From assembly GCA_044347345.1 (NCBI GenBank), contig JBIKUX010000010.1, positions 1 through 64,000 of the forward strand: a stretch of DNA of 64,000 bases. Direction: 5' to 3'. This document shows positions 50,944 to 61,112 of the stretch, piece after piece (the stretch's first letter is position 1; each line of letters starts with the position of its first letter). A program made the position numbers and the translations under genes. Source of the DNA: Bdellovibrionota bacterium (GTDB lineage: Bacteria > Bdellovibrionota_C > UBA2361 > JBIKUX01). The notes beneath the pieces were generated by a model, which did no database searches, was not told the origin of the DNA, and was given only the letters and a program-made list of their open reading frames with translations.

Positions 50944-51705
50944 ATGTCGACAAAGAGCATTGCTTACAGAGGAGAGATGAGTGTTCTAGCAGATGTTAGT
51001 TGTCCTAAAACTACCGCAAATTCACGACTTGTTAGAACCTTTTGGATAGTACATTCGGCACTCTTTACCACAAATATTTTTCTCTTTGAATCACCATCAT
51101 CTGATGATACTAGTCGTGGATGTCATCTTAAATTTTTTGATGCAGATGGTTCCCTTATTAACGAGGTCTGGTACGCTGATTCCGCTGGTCAAGGCTCTAT
51201 ATTTCCTGTCGCTCCATTTTTATCATCTGCTAAGCTTGAGAGTGGGCTAGCTCATGGGGCATTGCAAGTTGAGATGAATCAAAGTGCGTTGTTGCGTTGC
51301 TTGTTAGTGGCACCGGGAATGCGTTTCCCAATGGATCAATTAATTTATGCTGACTATTGTACTCCAGTAGTAATGCCTTTTTCCTTTCGAGCGGCACAAA
51401 GAAGCATTATTGCCATAGTGAATTCTGTAAATTCACCAATTGATTTTATTGTTCGTGTCGTATACCGCAATCAGAAAATTGAAACAGTACGAACTTGTCC
51501 AGCACAAGGAACAAGACTTTTAAGTTTTCCAGGAGAATATTTTTTTCTTAAATTTGTTGAAGGGAAAGGTGGGACAGTCGAGATTTTTCCGTGTATGCAG
51601 GGAGTATGTATAGGTATTCAAATCCTCACAGAAATAACTAATGGAGAGTGCACTGAGACAAATGTTTCACACTATGTAGGATTGACCGCATGGGATAATT
51701 GGTAA
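50944..51705 (+). CDS. Hypothetical protein
   Basis: 253-aa ORF overlapping the next gene. Confidence 0.65.
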   Translation: MSTKSIAYRGEMSVLADVSCPKTTANSRLVRTFWIVHSALFTTNIFLFESPSSDDTSRGCHLKFFDADGSLINEVWYADSAGQGSIFPVAPFLSSAKLESGLAHGALQVEMNQSALLRCLLVAPGMRFPMDQLIYADYCTPVVMPFSFRAAQRSIIAIVNSVNSPIDFIVRVVYRNQKIETVRTCPAQGTRLLSFPGEYFFLKFVEGKGGTVEIFPCMQGVCIGIQILTEITNGECTETNVSHYVGLTAWDNW

Positions 51706-52457
51706 TGGATACGCACAGACGAACTCCGACTTTTGATTGGATTTTATATTTACCTAAGTATTCAAAATGTACAGTTTGTTGTTCTGTTTATAGCTATAAC
51801 CACACTCCCAAATCTTTTAATGATGTAACACTAGTGACCAAAATTCATGAATTAGGTAATACCGAGCAACAAAAATTTATTGGAGAGCTAAAAAGAGTCG
51901 CTTTTGGTTGGTGTGGAAGTATAAATTTTACTCCACGAGATAGACATGATAATCACCCTGATGATGAGTTAACCACAGATTATCAGAAAAGGTGGAGCAC
52001 TTACTTGCTTTCTGTTAGCCCCAGCATGATTACGAGTAATGGCTCAGAAAATTTTTTTAAGGAGCAATCCATTCTTAAGGCTCGGTGTGCGGTTAATATT
52101 ATGTTACCCTTACGTTCTATAAACTACTTGGGAGTGATATATGACAACCTTGCCTATAGAGGAGATCAAAACCGACCTTCAGTAACGCTCCCTCTATTTT
52201 GTGATACTGGTACTTCTATCAGATCTTCGCTTGTAGCTATTAATCCCACAGTTAACTCACTTTACTTAAGCGGTCTTTTGTCGGAATTAGATCCGATTAT
52301 CATTTATCCAAGTAGTGCTGTTGAGATAGACCTGTCAAGAAGTGTTCCAAAGGATACAAAATTTAAAGTGCTTTCTTGGAGTAACGATGGCGGAATAGCC
52401 CTTTCTGTTCATAGATTAGCTGCTGATGGAGAGGTTATTTTGGTAGATTGTTTATGA
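51699..52457 (+). CDS. Hypothetical protein
   Basis: 252-aa ORF overlapping both neighbours. Confidence 0.6.
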   Translation: MVMDTHRRTPTFDWILYLPKYSKCTVCCSVYSYNHTPKSFNDVTLVTKIHELGNTEQQKFIGELKRVAFGWCGSINFTPRDRHDNHPDDELTTDYQKRWSTYLLSVSPSMITSNGSENFFKEQSILKARCAVNIMLPLRSINYLGVIYDNLAYRGDQNRPSVTLPLFCDTGTSIRSSLVAINPTVNSLYLSGLLSELDPIIIYPSSAVEIDLSRSVPKDTKFKVLSWSNDGGIALSVHRLAADGEVILVDCL

Positions 52458-53221
52458 GCATTATGTTTTATGCTCCTTATGGTCAAGAAAATGAGGACGG
52501 ATGGCTTATTTATTTAATAGCTAAATATCTTAGTGAATCAAGACAAGAATTATTACATCTTGTATGTAACGGTTGTTATTCTCTTTGTCTAAGAGATAAA
52601 AAACATAATTGGCGACGACCGATAGATGGATGTACTGTTTGTAGTGCTGAGCAAACCTACTTTGGGTCTGTGGTAAATATTGATTCGTGTTCTTTATCCT
52701 CTTTCATAGAGCCTGCTGATATTCTTCTGGCCGATAGGACTGTAAATCAGATACCAACAGAGGAGCTTATATCAGCAAAATTTGCTGGCTTTGAGCTTTT
52801 CCCTTTTGCATTACCAACACTTAAAAGTCGGTTCGGAGCTAAGGGCAATTTTGAAAAATATAATCATTATGAAAGTATACTAAGGCAAATATTTCGTGGA
52901 TGTATCTTAACATACATTGCAGGGAAACGGCTCACAAAAAAAAATGCAATCAATTTGGTTATCACCGCAGGTGAAAAGGAGTATCTTTTGGCAGCTCTTG
53001 TGCTTGCAGTTAAAGAGGCTATGATTCCACGTTACTATATTCGATATGATTTATCTCGTCGATGTTTGGTGGTGCACATTGAGCATATCAATCAAATTGT
53101 TGAGATTCCATTTGTCTCAGATGCATTATCTCTTCAGTATCAGGCACCTAATCTATGGCCAAGCGCTGTTAAAGATGCAATTGAGCTTCTCTTTCAAAAG
53201 ACTGAGATATTATTTAAATAA
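52448..53221 (+). CDS. Hypothetical protein with Cys cluster
   Basis: CNGCYSLC ... CTVC in a Rossmann/GT-B-like N-terminal region. Confidence 0.65.
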   Translation: MFMSIMFYAPYGQENEDGWLIYLIAKYLSESRQELLHLVCNGCYSLCLRDKKHNWRRPIDGCTVCSAEQTYFGSVVNIDSCSLSSFIEPADILLADRTVNQIPTEELISAKFAGFELFPFALPTLKSRFGAKGNFEKYNHYESILRQIFRGCILTYIAGKRLTKKNAINLVITAGEKEYLLAALVLAVKEAMIPRYYIRYDLSRRCLVVHIEHINQIVEIPFVSDALSLQYQAPNLWPSAVKDAIELLFQKTEILFK

Positions 53222-53261
53222 ACTATTATTTTTATTAGGATTAGGAGAGTCTAGTGGAAGT

Positions 53262-53891
53262 TTACTTTGTTATCGGTTCTCCTTCTAGTTCTTTCTTTAT
53301 TAGTTGAATTGTGTCACATAGTGCTCGATTGATTTTAAGATCTAAAATAGCATCTTCTTGAGAGGCAAATTCTTCTAAGCTATTTTGAATATCTAATACG
53401 AGGTTATCGGTGATTTTTGTATAACCGGCCCAAATTAAATAATTTTTAATTGTTTTGGCAAATTGTCGAAATATTGAGCCAGTTAGTTCAGGGAATAAAG
53501 CAATAATTTCCAGCATAGCCACTAGCGCTTCAGCGCCAACAAATTTTTCGACATGTTTTATAGCGTCTCTTTGCTCATCAACTGGTAATAAATTTAATAA
53601 TGCCAAATACAGTTCAATAACGACTTTTGCCCATCTTCGCTCGGGTATCTGTTGCCATTCGCTTTCGGGAATTATGCTGGAGATGGAGGCTGTATTGGAG
53701 TCTTGTAGTTTTTTGCTGAGGGATAAACTTGTAATGTATTGTTGAGTAACCGATTTGGCTATAATTAGAAGGCAGACTTCAGCCGGATCAATTTTAAGAG
53801 AATTAATCGCATCAAAGCACTCTGTTACTCGAGATAACTCTGTTTCTTGGGATAACTCTGTTTCTCGGGATATTTGAGGATCGTCATTCAT
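53262..53891 (-). CDS. Hypothetical protein
   Basis: 209-aa helical ORF. Confidence 0.6.
   Translation of the reverse strand: MNDDPQISRETELSQETELSRVTECFDAINSLKIDPAEVCLLIIAKSVTQQYITSLSLSKKLQDSNTASISSIIPESEWQQIPERRWAKVVIELYLALLNLLPVDEQRDAIKHVEKFVGAEALVAMLEIIALFPELTGSIFRQFAKTIKNYLIWAGYTKITDNLVLDIQNSLEEFASQEDAILDLKINRALCDTIQLIKKELEGEPITK
53820..53873 (-). repeat. Imperfect 18-bp tandem repeat x3, in frame
   Basis: Encodes ISRETE-LSQETE-LSRVTE. Confidence 0.85.
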
Positions 53892-54034
53892 TAGAAAAAT
53901 AGTTGCATTCTGACTGCTTTAATTAGTTTTGGAGAAGATTTAGTAGCCTGTGCGTTAAATCCAGCTACTGGAGAAATAGTTTATTGAGTGCCCACAAAAA
54001 ATTATAAGATTTTCAGAACGACTATTTTAATATA

Positions 54035-55003
54035 CTACAATTTTCTATTTTGCTTGATTTCAGAAATTATATGGCAGTAGGAATTATATCTTAGTTGAGA
54101 TATCTCACCGTGCTTTACAGCATTCATAACACCGCAGTTATCCTCACCAAGATGCATGCAATCTATAAAGCGACACTCAAGAGATTTTGCAGAAAATTCG
54201 GGAAATCCTTTCATCATATCAGTTAGCGATAAGTGAGAGAGGCCAAAGTGTTGCAATCCTGGTGAATCAAGTATTAGTAAGTTAGCTCCACTACTTGTGG
54301 TATATCTGTGTGCTTTTGATTGAGTAGTTGTTTGTCTGCCTTGACCAGTTTTTTTGCTTACTGATTGGGTAATTTGATTCACATTAGGGATTAAACAATT
54401 GATAATTGTCGATTTACCTACTCCCGATGGGCCACAGAGAAGAACAATTTGGTTCGATTGTGAATCTAGTTGAATTTTTAGTGATATTAAACCGTCTTGG
54501 TCAAGAGCGGTGGTTATTAAACATGAATGGGCTATAGTTAGGTATGGTTGGAAGAGGCTGTTTATCGTTTCTTCAGGTTCAATATCTCCTTTATTACATA
54601 TTAATGTAACTTGAATACCTTCATTGGCCGCAGCTACCAACGCTCGATCAATAAATAGGTTATTCCAAAGTGGAGGCGGTGCCATAATGAGATAGATATG
54701 ATCTAGATTAGCACCGATTAACTTAGTGCGTCCTTCATAAGCTCGGCGAAGAACATTTGTTCGTTTTAAATGTTTGGTAAGTTTGTAATAATCTGAAGAT
54801 AGTCCGTCTTGTAAAATTTCTACTTTATCACCAACAACAAGAGGTTCCCATTTGTTTGGAAGAGCTAGATTAATTTCATTTTGTAAAAGGTTAGTATCTG
54901 TTGCAATTGCTGTTACTGTTCTTCGTGTTGCAGACACGATAACACCACTAAAGGTAAACCCTGATTTTGATGGTAAATTATTTTCCGTTGAATGGGATGA
55001 CAC
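54035..55003 (-). CDS. rsgA: Ribosome small subunit-dependent GTPase A
   Basis: VGD.V, NKGD, GPSGVGKST, GRQTTT, DSPG, CRF.DC.H..E..C.V. Confidence 0.93.
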   Translation of the reverse strand: MSSHSTENNLPSKSGFTFSGVIVSATRRTVTAIATDTNLLQNEINLALPNKWEPLVVGDKVEILQDGLSSDYYKLTKHLKRTNVLRRAYEGRTKLIGANLDHIYLIMAPPPLWNNLFIDRALVAAANEGIQVTLICNKGDIEPEETINSLFQPYLTIAHSCLITTALDQDGLISLKIQLDSQSNQIVLLCGPSGVGKSTIINCLIPNVNQITQSVSKKTGQGRQTTTQSKAHRYTTSSGANLLILDSPGLQHFGLSHLSLTDMMKGFPEFSAKSLECRFIDCMHLGEDNCGVMNAVKHGEISQLRYNSYCHIISEIKQNRKL

Positions 55004-55100
55004 TTATAACAATCCACTATGGTTATGCTTGGTATGGCGGTTCGGTATGACAATAAAAAATTAACATAGTATAGTTAACAAAAGATATTTATATGGACTG

Positions 55101-55604
55101 ATGTTTAAGCAACCTATTTCATTTAGAATTAATGATTCTACTGTTGGCGATAATCTCAAAAGTAACAGTAAATGGCGACTAAGTAACGGTGTTATGATAT
55201 TGAAAAATTATCTTAGGGTACCTGTTTTAAAAATTGGAGGGATAAAACAAAAGTTTCAGACTTACTTACAGACTTACTTAAAAAGTAGTCACTGGGAAAG
55301 TTGTATATTTTTTCTTCCTGGAGCTCTCTTAATGCTCACAGGGATGGCGTTTGTTTTAGCGCCAAATCTAATTATCTTTTTGATAGCATGTTTTTTCTTT
55401 CTTATCGGTGCGATAGTTTGGTTTATTGCCTACAAGCTTTTACTTTTTAAGTATAGAGTTGAAAAAATAATACGGTCTTTTGAAGGAAGAATTATTTTAC
55501 AGGCAGGAGGGATAACTAGTAGTTTGTCAAATGAAGAAAAATCAGATTCGTCTTCTATAATAGATACTTCTTTAGACGGTCGAAAAAAGACCTATTTTCA
55601 TTAG
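55101..55604 (+). CDS. Hypothetical membrane protein
   Basis: Two TM helices; ends KKTYFH. Confidence 0.6.
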   Translation: MFKQPISFRINDSTVGDNLKSNSKWRLSNGVMILKNYLRVPVLKIGGIKQKFQTYLQTYLKSSHWESCIFFLPGALLMLTGMAFVLAPNLIIFLIACFFFLIGAIVWFIAYKLLLFKYRVEKIIRSFEGRIILQAGGITSSLSNEEKSDSSSIIDTSLDGRKKTYFH

Positions 55605-55605
55605 G

Positions 55606-56610
55606 TCAAACTAGTTGATCGTCTCCACCGCCACCAACATAAATTTTGCCTTCAGCTTCTAGGCGTCTGGTGATGTCAATAATACCTTGTTGACCTTTTT
55701 CGACGTCTTTTAATTTAACAGGCCCTAATGCTTGGAGATCTTCTAGAATCATTTGGGCAGCGCGTTGCGATACATTGCGAAAAATTTGCTCCTTTAAGTT
55801 ATCAGAAGCAGTTTTTAGCGATAGCACCAACTGATCTCGAGGAACCTCTTTGAGTATAGTTTGAATGCCACGGTCATCAACTTTTTTGAGATCCTCAAAG
55901 GTAAACATTAAATTACGAATCTTCTCAGCTATGTCTGGATGAAGTTCATCCAGCTCGCTCATGATCCTGGCTTCATTGGTTCGTTCAACAAAATTTAGTA
56001 TATCAGCGGCCGCTTTTGGACCACCGACCTCTTCTTCTTCAGCTAAACCAGCTCCTCTTAAGGTAGCTCTGAGTACTTCTCTTACTTCATCAACTACTTC
56101 AGATTTAACGTTATTTAGATTTGCTATTCGAAGCAATACATCTGTTTGACCTTCCTCAGTCATTGTTTGAAGCACTGACGCTGCTTGGTCAGGATTCATT
56201 TTAGTTAGAAGGAATGCTATCGTCTGTGGGTGCTCTGAATGAATAAAAGAATGAAGAATTTTTTCAGGAACATCGGCAATGATTGCACTAATAAATTCTT
56301 TCTTTGAACCTGTGATGTAGTCAAGTAGACCGTCTCCATCAGCATCGCCGAAAGCTTCGGCAATCACATCTTTGGCAAAGTCACGCCCGTCTATGAGCAT
56401 GCTCTTGCCACCTTTAAGCATAGTGCGAAATTCGTTCACAATCGCCAGTTGAGTTTCACGATCAACTTCACTAACGGACATAAAGGCTCGGCTTACTCTT
56501 TTGACCTCCTGCTCGTTTAAATGACGGATAACATCTGATGCGAGCTCTTTTCCCAAGCTTAAAAGAGTAAGAGCTGCCTTCTCTGTATTATTAAGGTCAC
56601 GTCCAGCCAT
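55606..56610 (-). CDS. fliG: Flagellar motor switch protein FliG
   Basis: KAA..LL.LG, EHPQTIA, GG...AA.ILN, MFTFEDL, N.S.RAA, GPV.L.DVE..Q. Confidence 0.96.
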   Translation of the reverse strand: MAGRDLNNTEKAALTLLSLGKELASDVIRHLNEQEVKRVSRAFMSVSEVDRETQLAIVNEFRTMLKGGKSMLIDGRDFAKDVIAEAFGDADGDGLLDYITGSKKEFISAIIADVPEKILHSFIHSEHPQTIAFLLTKMNPDQAASVLQTMTEEGQTDVLLRIANLNNVKSEVVDEVREVLRATLRGAGLAEEEEVGGPKAAADILNFVERTNEARIMSELDELHPDIAEKIRNLMFTFEDLKKVDDRGIQTILKEVPRDQLVLSLKTASDNLKEQIFRNVSQRAAQMILEDLQALGPVKLKDVEKGQQGIIDITRRLEAEGKIYVGGGGDDQLV

Positions 56611-56746
56611 TTTGGGTGTCCTTGAAAAAAACCTCTAAGAACTGAAATCTAGAGCTCAAACTAAAATTAATTTCAATAATTTATAGATTGGTCTCACTAT
56701 TGCTACTATTTAATTTGTCCCTTTTTTCAGCAAATTAATATGGGAT

Positions 56747-56773
56747 TCATCGACTAATTAGATGAAAACTGAA
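56747..56773 (-). promoter_or_regulatory. Sigma28 (FliA)-like promoter upstream of fliG
   Basis: Minus strand TTCAGTTT-N11-GTCGATGA versus consensus TAAAGTTT-N11-GCCGATAA. Confidence 0.45.
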
Positions 56774-56879
56774 TTGGTCTGATGCTTAAAATGAATATAA
56801 ATTCTGAACTTTTTTAATGATGGTACTATTCATGAATAGTAGTTTGTATGCTTACCTTCATGTTTTGGATCACAGGCCT

Positions 56880-57940
56880 AAGTAGAATCTACGTCAAAAA
56901 AATAGTCAGAAACGACGCATGAGAACGGTAAAAAAGCGAAGAACATCCACGGACAAATTTAAAGCCAAAGTAGCTATTGAGGCCATCAAGGGTGTGATGA
57001 ACCTGGGGGAGCTTGTAGCGGTAGTGCAGACTGGCAGGTGTTCCCCGATTGGGCTTCTACTATGAGGCTGTCCCTGAAACTGCGGATAATCTCTATCTGA
57101 TGCGACTGATGGATGAGTAGTACCTCCTGCACACGGGGCGTTTGGTTATCTATGAATGAGACGGGCTGATTGAGAGATCAGAGTCATAAAGTGAACAGCA
57201 AGCGATTTGCCTGTCTTATGCAGCGGATGAGACTCTAGGCAATTACGCCCGAACAACAAATAAGCAAACACGCTTCTGGATACAAGGTTTACCCGCATTT
57301 GTTAAACGATGTGAGCATTGAGCGAGTGAATCAAGTGTGGAGTACATGACATCACGTACATCCTAATGAACCATGGTTATATCTATTTGACAGGAGTAAT
57401 CAACTAGTACAGCTTAGGTGGGAACATCCAGATATCGTGCAGATTAGGTTCTGTGTTGATGCTATGGAAGTGCGCTGACCCAGAGAAGACCGAATATATT
57501 CAACACCAACCAGCATTCCCAGTTCAATTCATAGACGTTTACGAGCATTTTACTGGAGAGAAATATGGCCATCAGTATGCGTGGACGAGGATGGTGGAGC
57601 CCTGGATAACGTATATATCGAGTGCCTGTGGTGAACTGTGAAATTCGAAGAGGTCTATCCTAAGTGTTACGCAGATGGCCATGAATTGAAACGAGGGCTC
57701 AATCGTTACTTCTATTGTTACAACCAGACAGGAGAAGTAGCGCACTGGACAACCGAACTCCTGCCGATGTATTAATCGAAGGAGTGTAAAACGTAGTAGC
57801 AAGCGATGCCATTACTGGTACCGCAGGGCGGCTCGGTAGCCGCTGTGATCTACTAAACAAAGAGTCACTAAACAAAGAGCTGCAGATTCTATCTTAAGTT
57901 AACCGATCTATGGCTAAAGATTGGAGGTAGGCGCTTTGCT
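56880..57940 (+). mobile_element. Degraded IS3-family insertion sequence (transposase pseudogene)
   Basis: OrfA-like MRTVKKRRTSTDKFKAKVAIEAIKG from 56919; OrfB-like fragments (NLYLMRLMDE*, KVYPHLL..V.IER.NQVWST, DITYI) broken by stops and frameshifts; imperfect inverted repeats 56889-56908 and 57911-57930. Confidence 0.85.
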
Positions 57941-58049
57941 ACTTAGACTTATATGATTAACCGTTCGGACTGTAGAACCACAAACATCTTTTTAGTCTTT
58001 TTTATAAAAGACATTTTCTTTGAAAAACAGTAAAAAATTATAAAAACTT

Positions 58050-59063
58050 ATGAAGCAATGGTTCATAGAGTCTTTTCAGCGAATTTTTGGCGATAATCCG
58101 ACAATAATTGTTCCTATTGCGGCTCATGCATCCGGTCGAGAAATTTATAGATTGGTGGGAGAGTCAGCTACAGCAATCGGCTCTGTAAATGCCAATCCGA
58201 AGGAGTTCGCCGCTTTTTATTATCTGACTGAGATTTTTAGAGAGATAGGTTTACCGGTAGCAAAAATACATATAGCAGATGCTACTCTTGGATTATTCTT
58301 ACTAGAAGACCTTGGTGAAGTCACACTTCTTGATGTACTTAGAGCCGATAAAGAAGATAAAAACTGTGAAATATCGGAAAATATATATGCTTTGTACCGG
58401 CAAGCTGTAACGTTTCTACCAACTTTTCAAGTGATTGGTGGAAAAAAAATAGACTTTAGTCGATGTTATCCTCGTAAAGTATTTGATACTCAGAGCATGC
58501 GATGGGATATGGAATATTATAGGGATGAATTTTTATATAGATACTGTGTAGGAGCAAAGCAATTATTCTCTAAAGGTCATCTAAATAAAGATTTTGATGA
58601 TCTAGCATTATTTCTTTCACAAGCGGATAGCTCGGTTTTTATGTATAGAGATTTTCAGGCTCGTAACATAGTAGTAAAAAATGGTAGTTGTCGATTTATT
58701 GACTATGATCTGGGTCGCCGTGGCCCAATTCACTATGATATCGCTTCAATTTTATACCAATCGAGTGCCAAACTTCCTAAGTCTGTCCGGTTAGCTTTGC
58801 TAACTGATTACTTGTCAGCACTTGAAAATCATATATCTTTATCTCGAGATGAGTTTTTAGAATTCTTTGATGGTTTTGTTCTTATTAGGCTACTTCAAGT
58901 ACTTGGAACCTATGGTAAACTAGGGTTAGGTCAGGGAAAGCAATACTTTTTAGACAGTATTCCGCCCTCCTTGGTGAACGTTTCAGAACGATTGAGTGAA
59001 AGTAAGATACTGAGTCGTTTGCCTACACTGCGTTCTTCGCTAGAAGCTATATTATTAGTATGA
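58050..59063 (+). CDS. APH-family phosphotransferase, AmgK-like anomeric MurNAc/GlcNAc kinase
   Basis: AS.R..YR, LEDLG..TL, MYRDFQARNI, FIDY...R.GP..YD.AS.L; upstream of a MurU-like gene. Confidence 0.82.
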   Translation: MKQWFIESFQRIFGDNPTIIVPIAAHASGREIYRLVGESATAIGSVNANPKEFAAFYYLTEIFREIGLPVAKIHIADATLGLFLLEDLGEVTLLDVLRADKEDKNCEISENIYALYRQAVTFLPTFQVIGGKKIDFSRCYPRKVFDTQSMRWDMEYYRDEFLYRYCVGAKQLFSKGHLNKDFDDLALFLSQADSSVFMYRDFQARNIVVKNGSCRFIDYDLGRRGPIHYDIASILYQSSAKLPKSVRLALLTDYLSALENHISLSRDEFLEFFDGFVLIRLLQVLGTYGKLGLGQGKQYFLDSIPPSLVNVSERLSESKILSRLPTLRSSLEAILLV

Positions 59064-59078
59064 GGTAGGTAAGCATAA

Positions 59079-59525
59079 ATGCTTTATTTTAAAATTCGAA
59101 GTTTCTCATTTAAGCGCTCGCCGCTCAGAACTCCGTTTAATAGCGAGAAAAGAGTGGAGGATTTACACGATAAGGAACATGGGGGTGGTTTTGTTTTTGA
59201 CTGTAGGGCGCTACCCAATCCAGGTAGATTACCTAATTTAAGTCATTTATCAGGTTTAGATTCTCCAGTGATAGATTATCTAGCTAACTTATCAGAGGTT
59301 GGAGAATTTATCGAATTGTCCAGTGGGTTAATTATTAGAAGTGCACGTAATTATCTGTCTAGAAATTTCTCCTCCATTTTAGTTGAGTTTGGCTGTACTG
59401 GAGGTCAACATCGTTCAGTATTTTGTGCAGAGAGAGTATCTCAATTTATGAGGAGCTCTTTTGAAAGAACTGCCGCTCAGATTGAAATTCATCATGTTGA
59501 ATTAGGATTAACTAAGGCACTATGA
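59079..59525 (+). CDS. Stand-alone RapZ C-terminal-like domain protein
   Basis: SFSFK, GGGFVFDCRALPNPG, L.GLD..V, FGCTGGQHRSV..AE. Confidence 0.88.
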   Translation: MLYFKIRSFSFKRSPLRTPFNSEKRVEDLHDKEHGGGFVFDCRALPNPGRLPNLSHLSGLDSPVIDYLANLSEVGEFIELSSGLIIRSARNYLSRNFSSILVEFGCTGGQHRSVFCAERVSQFMRSSFERTAAQIEIHHVELGLTKAL

Positions 59526-60259
59526 AAGCTATGGTACTTGCCGCCGGATATGGAAGTCGGCTGGGTGCAATCACAAAGTCTATTCCCAAGTGTTTAGTAG
59601 AAGCAGGTGGAAAAACTCTGTTAGCGCATACCATTGAGCGATTGCGTGATGCAGGAGTTACACACTTAGTTATAAATCTTTATCATTTAGGACATTTAAT
59701 TGAAGAATATGTTAAGGCAAATAATTTTTTTGGTCTAAATATCATATTTTCTCAAGAATCGACTTTGTTAGGAACCGGGGGTGGATTGCAAGCCGCAAAA
59801 GAGTTTTTTTCTGATAATCAACCCTTTTTTTTGCATAACAGTGATATAGTTTCCGATATTAATTTGAGTGAACTCTATAGGATTCACTGTGCGACCCCTA
59901 ATGTGATTGCCACTCTTGCAGTAAACCGTAGAGATACTTCGAGACCATTACTGTTTTCGCCCTCAGGTCGATTAGTTGGATGGGAAAAAAGCGAAGAGGA
60001 AAGAGGCGAAGTATTAGGATCTGAAGTAGAGTTTGAGAAGCTTGGGTTTACAGGTATTCAGGTATTGTCGCCAAAAATATTTAGTTATCTCAATGGTGCT
60101 CCTCCTTTTTCAACTATTTCGGCCTTTATGAAAGCAGTGCATGCTGGAGAATATATACAAGCATTTCGTGTAGATAATATTTTTTGGATTGATGCTGGAA
60201 CGCCTGATACTCTGCATGAGTTACGTAGTTTACTATCCTCTCCAGAATCATTGAATTAA
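59522..60259 (+). CDS. Nucleotidyltransferase, MurU-like
   Basis: MKAMVLAAG.GSRL..IT...PK.LV, LGTGGGL, N.D, W.D.GT. Confidence 0.85.
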   Translation: MKAMVLAAGYGSRLGAITKSIPKCLVEAGGKTLLAHTIERLRDAGVTHLVINLYHLGHLIEEYVKANNFFGLNIIFSQESTLLGTGGGLQAAKEFFSDNQPFFLHNSDIVSDINLSELYRIHCATPNVIATLAVNRRDTSRPLLFSPSGRLVGWEKSEEERGEVLGSEVEFEKLGFTGIQVLSPKIFSYLNGAPPFSTISAFMKAVHAGEYIQAFRVDNIFWIDAGTPDTLHELRSLLSSPESLN

Positions 60260-60292
60260 GGGTTTTTATAAGAGTAACTAATATTATTTACT

Positions 60293-61078
60293 ATGGCACT
60301 TGTTGAATTAGATTGGACAACTTTAGGGGATGGGGTAGCTCTTTTACGATTAAACGATCCGACTCGTCTAAATGCAATGAGCGTAGATATGGCTGAATCT
60401 ATGCGCGAAGTTATAGCCCAGCTATTACTCAAAACAGATTTACGGATGGTAATTCTCACCGGCACTGAAAGAGCGTTTTCGGCTGGTGGAGATATAGAAA
60501 TGTTAGCTAAGCGTTGTGAAGTATCTGCTGAACAGAACCGTATTTTTATGAGGCGTTATTATAATGATTTTCTAGCTTTAAGAACGCTTGGAGTACCCCT
60601 TATTGCCGCTATAAATGGCATTACCGTAGGAGCTGCTTCAGCCCTAGTGTGTGCATGTGATTTACGAATCGCTACAATCACCTCCAGCATGAGCTTTTCA
60701 TTTGTCAGACTTGGTCTTCACCCAGGTATGGGTACAACTTGGTTCTTACCATCTGTTGTAGGGGTAGCTCGAGCCACAGAGCTCTTACTCACAGCTCGGA
60801 CGTTATCGTCTTCTGAGATGATTGAATATGGATTAGTGAGTAAAGTAGTACCCGACCAAGAGCTGATGAATGCTGTTGAGGAATTAGTTTCAGTAATCTT
60901 AAAAGGCGGTACCGAATGTATTAAGCAATTGATATCTACTTTACGAGCTCCTTCATCATGCTTAAATCAAGCCTTAGAAAGAGAGTGCCTTGTACAAGCG
61001 CTTAATTACTCTGGGGCAGAGTTTAAAACACTACTAAAAGAAAAAATAGATAAAAAACCCAGTCTATCCAAAGACTGA
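60293..61078 (+). CDS. Enoyl-CoA hydratase/isomerase family protein
   Basis: P..LNAM, AFSAGGDI, P.IAAING, CDLRIA, F..LGLHPGMG. Confidence 0.92.
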   Translation: MALVELDWTTLGDGVALLRLNDPTRLNAMSVDMAESMREVIAQLLLKTDLRMVILTGTERAFSAGGDIEMLAKRCEVSAEQNRIFMRRYYNDFLALRTLGVPLIAAINGITVGAASALVCACDLRIATITSSMSFSFVRLGLHPGMGTTWFLPSVVGVARATELLLTARTLSSSEMIEYGLVSKVVPDQELMNAVEELVSVILKGGTECIKQLISTLRAPSSCLNQALERECLVQALNYSGAEFKTLLKEKIDKKPSLSKD

Positions 61079-61112
61079 ATATGAGAAACAACTTTGATTA
61101 CTTATCTGAGAG

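Noticed and set aside
57453-57802. ORF-track ORFs 57453-57641 (+) and 57572-57802 (-)
   Set aside because: They lie inside the decayed IS and are fragments or shadows.
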